From a virus (taxonomy: Duplodnaviria; Caudoviricetes): a DNA stretch of 42,894 nucleotides. The DNA lies in IMG/VR virus record IMGVR_UViG_3300030372_002956, positions 1-42,894 of that record; one strand, 5' to 3'. This document shows positions 38,276 to 42,894 of the stretch, in pieces. Numbering within the stretch: position 1 is the stretch's first letter; every line of letters starts with the position of its first letter. Both the position numbers and the translations under genes were made by a program. The notes below the pieces were generated by a model that had not been told where the DNA came from, made no database searches, and saw only the letters and a list, made by a program, of their open reading frames with translations.

Positions 38276-38301
38276 AATATAATATAATAATAGTTAATAA
38301 T

Positions 38302-40725
38302 TTATCTAGGATCAAAAACGCCTAAATCAAAACCTCCAGTTAACGTGTCATTACCTGATGACTCAAAGTTTTTAGGTGGTTTTTGATTAGTTCTTTGATC
38401 GATCAACTCGCTTTGTTGTGTTGCTTGAATCTTTGTTCTTTTATCTTTTCTATCTTCTTTTTCAGATTCTTTGCTTTTTAAAGCCTCTACTTCCACTTGC
38501 TTTAATTGCATGTTTAATTGGAATTCAAAAGCCATAAGTTCTTTTTTAACTCTAGCTTCTTCCATCATTTTTCTAAGTTCTAATTGAGATTTAATTTCTT
38601 CTAATTGAGCTTGACTTTGAGATATAGCTTGATTTTTCATCATTTCAGTTTGAGCAGCATCTCGTTGAGTTTTTGATTGAGCTTCTGCTTGAGCTTGTAT
38701 ATTTTGTTGTTGCATCAATTGATCTTTCTCCTGTTTCTTTTTTCTACGTACTTTAAGAAGTTGATTTGCTAATTTAACATTTTTAATTTCTCTAAGATCA
38801 ATAGCGTCTTCTAACTCTATATTTTGTTGTTGAATAGCCTGTTGTATATTATTTTCTAATAATTGTTTTTCTTCTTCGTCAGGGGCTAGTTCAATAAATA
38901 TACCAAAATCATATAAATGTAAACTAGATATTTCTTCTAACGTAGCAACATTGTGTACGCCTATTTGTTGTATAAAAGCATCTTTAGTAGGAGAGTATTC
39001 TATAATATCAGATATTCTAAGAGCTAAACATTCTGCAACATTAGATGTTAAATATAATCCAGAATTTAATATATGTCTAGTTGCAACATTAGAATTAGCA
39101 GCTGCCATTTTTTGTATACCAACCAACGACTTTGGATCAGGCATACTAGCGTCTCTAGCTTCGTTTAATCCGGTCACATCTCTTATCATTTGTAAGTAAT
39201 AATTATAATTAGCAATTAAAGCTTGCATTTTATTACCTGCACCCATTCCATTTGATATTTCTTGAATAGGTATTTTACCTGGATTCATGTCACCCTCTTG
39301 TGTCATAGATCTACCAATAACAGAACCAGTTTGAAAAAACATGTTTAATGCTTCTTGGGGGTTGTAGTTTGTTCCATTACCTAAATCAATTTCAGCTAAA
39401 CCATCTGCATCTAAATAAACACCATCTGGAGTCATTCTAGACATTACTTGTTGTAGTTTAAGATGTGTTAACTGAATCATATCTGCAAATCCAGTTATAC
39501 GTTTTACTAAAGAATCTATTTTACCATTGTAAGTTCTAGGTGCTACGATAGAGTAATTCATTTTAACTTTAGTATAATCACTTTTAGGACGCATCATATT
39601 TCTTGCCATTTCCCATTTAAGTAATTTATCTGTACCTAAAACAAGAGCACCTTCATAAAGACATTCTATAGATTTTAATAATTTAGAATAACCACCTTCC
39701 ATGTTTTCTGGTGGATTAAATTGATCATCTTTAGGTATAATTTTTTCAGCTCCTGTTCCTGTTTCTTTTACTTTATAAACCTCATTCATATAGGTTTTAT
39801 AATTAAAGTATAAGATTTGTATTTTATTATTATCCTCTTTATCTGTAGTGTATTTATTATGATTGTTATTTCTATGATAAGATTTATTTTTCATTATATC
39901 TTCTAAATCAGACTGAGATAAATGAGGAAATTGTTTAGCCAACTCGTTTACTGGTATAGATTTAACTTCACCAACATAATATATATCATCAAAATATGGA
40001 GAGTCAGTATAAGAATAAACTAAATCTGCTGGATCAACGTAATCTATTACAACACCTTCTGATGTATTAAATGAGGTTTTTACAGCGCCTATACCTAATA
40101 CAGCTAAATCATAGTAAAATCTTTTCTTTATTAATTCATAGTTACTACCTTCCATTAAAACGTTTATAGCTTGTTCTTCGGCTATTTCTACAGCTTGTTT
40201 ATAATTTAACTGCATATGTAAACCTAGTTCTTCTTCTGTGTCAGGTAATTCTTCTATTTTATTTTCATATAAATCTATTCCAAAATTTTCTAAAACATAT
40301 TCATTTAAATCTTTACTACGCATGTCTCCTAGTATAGATTCCATATATTGCGTTCGTTTACTAACACCATATGGATCTTGAGAATAAGCTTTTATATCAT
40401 ATGTTCTCTCAGCAATACCGTTAACTACAATATCTACAAATTTAGGTATAATTGGAACAGGCGTCCAATCTAAATTAAGATAGGACAAATCACCGTTTAT
40501 AGATAACTCATCCTTATATTTTTGTATAGATTGCTCGCCCCTAGCGTACAATCTAAGATTATGAAAATTATTTAAATTATTTTTGTATCTATTGTTATTT
40601 CTATCATTATTAAACCATTCAGTTTCTATAGCTTTTGCTACTCTTAAACCGTAATCATAACTTAGTTTTTCTACGTCACTTACAACTTGACTCGGGAAAT
40701 AACTTTTCATGCCAGACTCTGCCAT
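38302..40725 (-). CDS. Portal protein
   Basis: 807 aa following terminase; PIIPKFVDIVV, TGLNEARD motifs; Gln-rich coiled-coil C-terminus like the P22 portal barrel. Confidence 0.85.
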   Translation of the reverse strand: MAESGMKSYFPSQVVSDVEKLSYDYGLRVAKAIETEWFNNDRNNNRYKNNLNNFHNLRLYARGEQSIQKYKDELSINGDLSYLNLDWTPVPIIPKFVDIVVNGIAERTYDIKAYSQDPYGVSKRTQYMESILGDMRSKDLNEYVLENFGIDLYENKIEELPDTEEELGLHMQLNYKQAVEIAEEQAINVLMEGSNYELIKKRFYYDLAVLGIGAVKTSFNTSEGVVIDYVDPADLVYSYTDSPYFDDIYYVGEVKSIPVNELAKQFPHLSQSDLEDIMKNKSYHRNNNHNKYTTDKEDNNKIQILYFNYKTYMNEVYKVKETGTGAEKIIPKDDQFNPPENMEGGYSKLLKSIECLYEGALVLGTDKLLKWEMARNMMRPKSDYTKVKMNYSIVAPRTYNGKIDSLVKRITGFADMIQLTHLKLQQVMSRMTPDGVYLDADGLAEIDLGNGTNYNPQEALNMFFQTGSVIGRSMTQEGDMNPGKIPIQEISNGMGAGNKMQALIANYNYYLQMIRDVTGLNEARDASMPDPKSLVGIQKMAAANSNVATRHILNSGLYLTSNVAECLALRISDIIEYSPTKDAFIQQIGVHNVATLEEISSLHLYDFGIFIELAPDEEEKQLLENNIQQAIQQQNIELEDAIDLREIKNVKLANQLLKVRRKKKQEKDQLMQQQNIQAQAEAQSKTQRDAAQTEMMKNQAISQSQAQLEEIKSQLELRKMMEEARVKKELMAFEFQLNMQLKQVEVEALKSKESEKEDRKDKRTKIQATQQSELIDQRTNQKPPKNFESSGNDTLTGGFDLGVFDPR

Positions 40726-40727
40726 AT

Positions 40728-42884
40728 TTATTCTTTAATTATTTGTGACATACTACCAGTATTTTTATACTTTGATATGTTTATGTTTAAACTAGGTTTT
40801 TCTATTTTCGCATTTGGTGCGTATAAATGTCTATTGTTAGCCATTACCGCTAAACCGCTACTTATTGTAGCGTCAAACTTTGTTCTTTTAGTTATATCAA
40901 ATCTAGCCCAATCGTTTAATGTTCTATTAAAATATAAATCTCCAAATGTTCCATCTTGTTTCATGCCTACGTGATCTTGTATATACATCTCAATCGCTGC
41001 TGCATGAGCTTGTTTTATATCTTCACTTGAGTTTGGTATTCCACCAACTTCTTTTTCTGCTACGGATAATTTATTCCAAATTTTATCCGGTCTATTCATA
41101 CTAAATCCTCTATAACCTCTTCTTCTAAGATAATAAAGTAATCTAGGTTTATTGTTTTCTGCAAGTATTGGCATTCCATAAAAAACTATCGCCATTAATA
41201 CATCTTCAAAAAATATTTCTGCCGTAGGTGGTCTTGATAAGTATTCTAAAAAGAAACTATTCGCAGGAGCGTCCTCCATACTAAACCTGGTTAAGCCGTG
41301 TAATGCTCCTTTAGATCCTTCTCCATCTACGGTACCTGATATATCATAAGAGTCGCAACCAAACGCTCCCATGTGTTCATTACCAGGATATCTCACACCA
41401 TTTTTTAATATAACTTTGTTTTGTATTTCGGATTTTGGAACCCAACTTACTTTGAAACGTCCTTTTGGATCTGGATAAAAAATTACTTGTGAATCTTTAA
41501 TTCCGTTAACCCATTGAAAATTACCAGTCGTAACTCCTAGTGTTCTGGACATTTCTTCGTTATAATCTATTTGTTCGTATATTTTTACAAGATTAAATAT
41601 ACTGCCTTTTGCTTCGTCTCTAAAAGCATGTTCTTCTGTTCTGGGAAACTGACGATAAAACTCATTTAAAGCATCTTGATCATCTTTTAAACCATCAGCC
41701 TCGTTTTGCCAATTGTCTATTACACCTACATCTATTAATTCACCGTCTGGTGCGAACACATCGATATCAGGAGTATTAAAGACTGGAACTCCATACTCGT
41801 CAATAAATCCTTCGTAGTTCCATTCCATTGGGATAAACAAAGAGTAGAGACCAGACTTCGTCTGACCGTTTCTATTTCTTCTTGTGACATCTGATGCGTT
41901 GTATAATTTTTTGAAGTTTTCTCCACCTTTATCTAATGCGTTTGAAGTAGAGCCCATCATACATTTACCAACTATTCTACTACCTAATCTTAAGCAAGTT
42001 TTTGTGACTCTCCAGTTATTTAAAATATTATCAGGTCTTTCCCATTTACCACTTTCATCGTGTACTAGTAGATTTAGTTTTTCACCATCATAACTATTAT
42101 CACCAGTGTTTTTCCAATCTATAGTAGTGTCTAATCCTTGTAAATCTTCTAACTGTTCGTTAGTTGTGATTTTCTTTCGAGTAAACTTACTCGCTGGCAC
42201 TCTATATGCTAATTCTGTTTTTGGCCGATCCATACCATCTTGTATCGGTTTAAAAAAGAAAGGATAATTTATACTTATTGGAACTACTTTGTCTGTAAAC
42301 ATTTTTTTAGCATCTGCACCTGTTTTAGATAGTATCCCATATCTACTATCACTTGCAAGAGTGGCTAAATTAACCGTTTCAGCAGATGACATGAACGAAA
42401 ACCCTGACCTTCTGTTCTTTAGGTAGCACATTCCATAACATCTTTTATCAGCTTTACAAGCTTCCCAGAATATATAAAACAATCTATTTGCTTCTCTAAA
42501 ATCAGGAGCACCAATATCTATTTTACTCCATTGAAGATACATATAATGAGTTCCTACTAAATAAGTTGGTTTACTATTATTCATAAACCAAAAACCTTCA
42601 TCTCTTCTTTTAAACTCTTCGTCTATATAATCGTACCATTGTTCTTTATTTTCGTCTGGATAACTTCTCCAGTCAAATATATTTTTAAGACGACTTAATT
42701 CTTTAGGTGGTTCTATTTTTGACCATTTGTTCCCTTGCAATTTATGTACTTGCACGGGCACAGATGGTAAAGCAATTTTAAGATTTTGGATTTCATATAT
42801 TTCTCCTATTTTACCTGTTTTAGATATAACTATAATATCGTGCTCTTTATTATATCCATATTTCCATTTTTTACCACGATTCAT
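40728..42884 (-). CDS. terL: Terminase large subunit; true start probably outside the window
   Basis: Walker A LKNRRSGFS, Walker B LLVHDESGK, coupling motif GST, nuclease GCDSYD...FD; frame is open to the window edge. Confidence 0.9.
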   Translation of the reverse strand: MNRGKKWKYGYNKEHDIIVISKTGKIGEIYEIQNLKIALPSVPVQVHKLQGNKWSKIEPPKELSRLKNIFDWRSYPDENKEQWYDYIDEEFKRRDEGFWFMNNSKPTYLVGTHYMYLQWSKIDIGAPDFREANRLFYIFWEACKADKRCYGMCYLKNRRSGFSFMSSAETVNLATLASDSRYGILSKTGADAKKMFTDKVVPISINYPFFFKPIQDGMDRPKTELAYRVPASKFTRKKITTNEQLEDLQGLDTTIDWKNTGDNSYDGEKLNLLVHDESGKWERPDNILNNWRVTKTCLRLGSRIVGKCMMGSTSNALDKGGENFKKLYNASDVTRRNRNGQTKSGLYSLFIPMEWNYEGFIDEYGVPVFNTPDIDVFAPDGELIDVGVIDNWQNEADGLKDDQDALNEFYRQFPRTEEHAFRDEAKGSIFNLVKIYEQIDYNEEMSRTLGVTTGNFQWVNGIKDSQVIFYPDPKGRFKVSWVPKSEIQNKVILKNGVRYPGNEHMGAFGCDSYDISGTVDGEGSKGALHGLTRFSMEDAPANSFFLEYLSRPPTAEIFFEDVLMAIVFYGMPILAENNKPRLLYYLRRRGYRGFSMNRPDKIWNKLSVAEKEVGGIPNSSEDIKQAHAAAIEMYIQDHVGMKQDGTFGDLYFNRTLNDWARFDITKRTKFDATISSGLAVMANNRHLYAPNAKIEKPSLNINISKYKNTGSMSQIIKE

Positions 42885-42894
42885 TCTAGTAATT

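Noticed and set aside
1730-42093. Many short + strand ORFs and nested alternate-frame - strand ORFs in the track
   Set aside because: They are shadows of long - strand genes, with Phe/Ser/Leu/Ile-biased composition and no motifs.
1-42894. Stop-codon reassignment as in some crAss-like phages
   Set aside because: The standard code gives dense, uninterrupted ORFs up to 3056 aa, and TAG ends the nozzle gene at 23175.
1-42894. tRNA/rRNA genes, introns, inteins, integrase or att sites
   Set aside because: Intergenic gaps are too short and AT-rich, I saw no cloverleaf or splicing motifs, and terminase and capsid genes look continuous. This was by eye, not by tRNAscan or Infernal.

Overview
AT-rich fragment of a tailed dsDNA phage, most likely a podovirus-like phage of marine Bacteroidota (Flavobacteriia). 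Host evidence: a T9SS sorting signal, Q-rule signal peptides, an Hc1-like protein and A/T-rich translation starts without Shine-Dalgarno sites. The + strand carries the end of a replication/metabolism operon (class II ribonucleotide reductase C-terminus, small OMP beta-barrel, small membrane protein, Hc1-like protein) ending at a bidirectional terminator (1405-1435). The rest is one long - strand late region: terminase, portal, scaffold, major capsid, ring/connector proteins, a 3017-aa tail nozzle-like protein, tail proteins and three putative ejection proteins. These are followed by an accessory block, three paralogous structural genes and an M15A endolysin. Two features stand out. (1) The 3056-aa putative injected protein is cut into modules by four [KRS]FSET motifs, has a HExxH zincin upstream of the first motif, and has a HAD phosphatase sitting exactly between the last two, suggesting a self-processing polyprotein. 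(2) The phage encodes a set of host-envelope proteins: two OM beta-barrels, a CxxC-less exported thioredoxin fold, a TM/coiled-coil protein, and a MAM + GCxD-repeat protein with a T9SS C-terminal domain whose repeats are shared with the tail nozzle. All calls come from reading motifs by eye; no searches were run.
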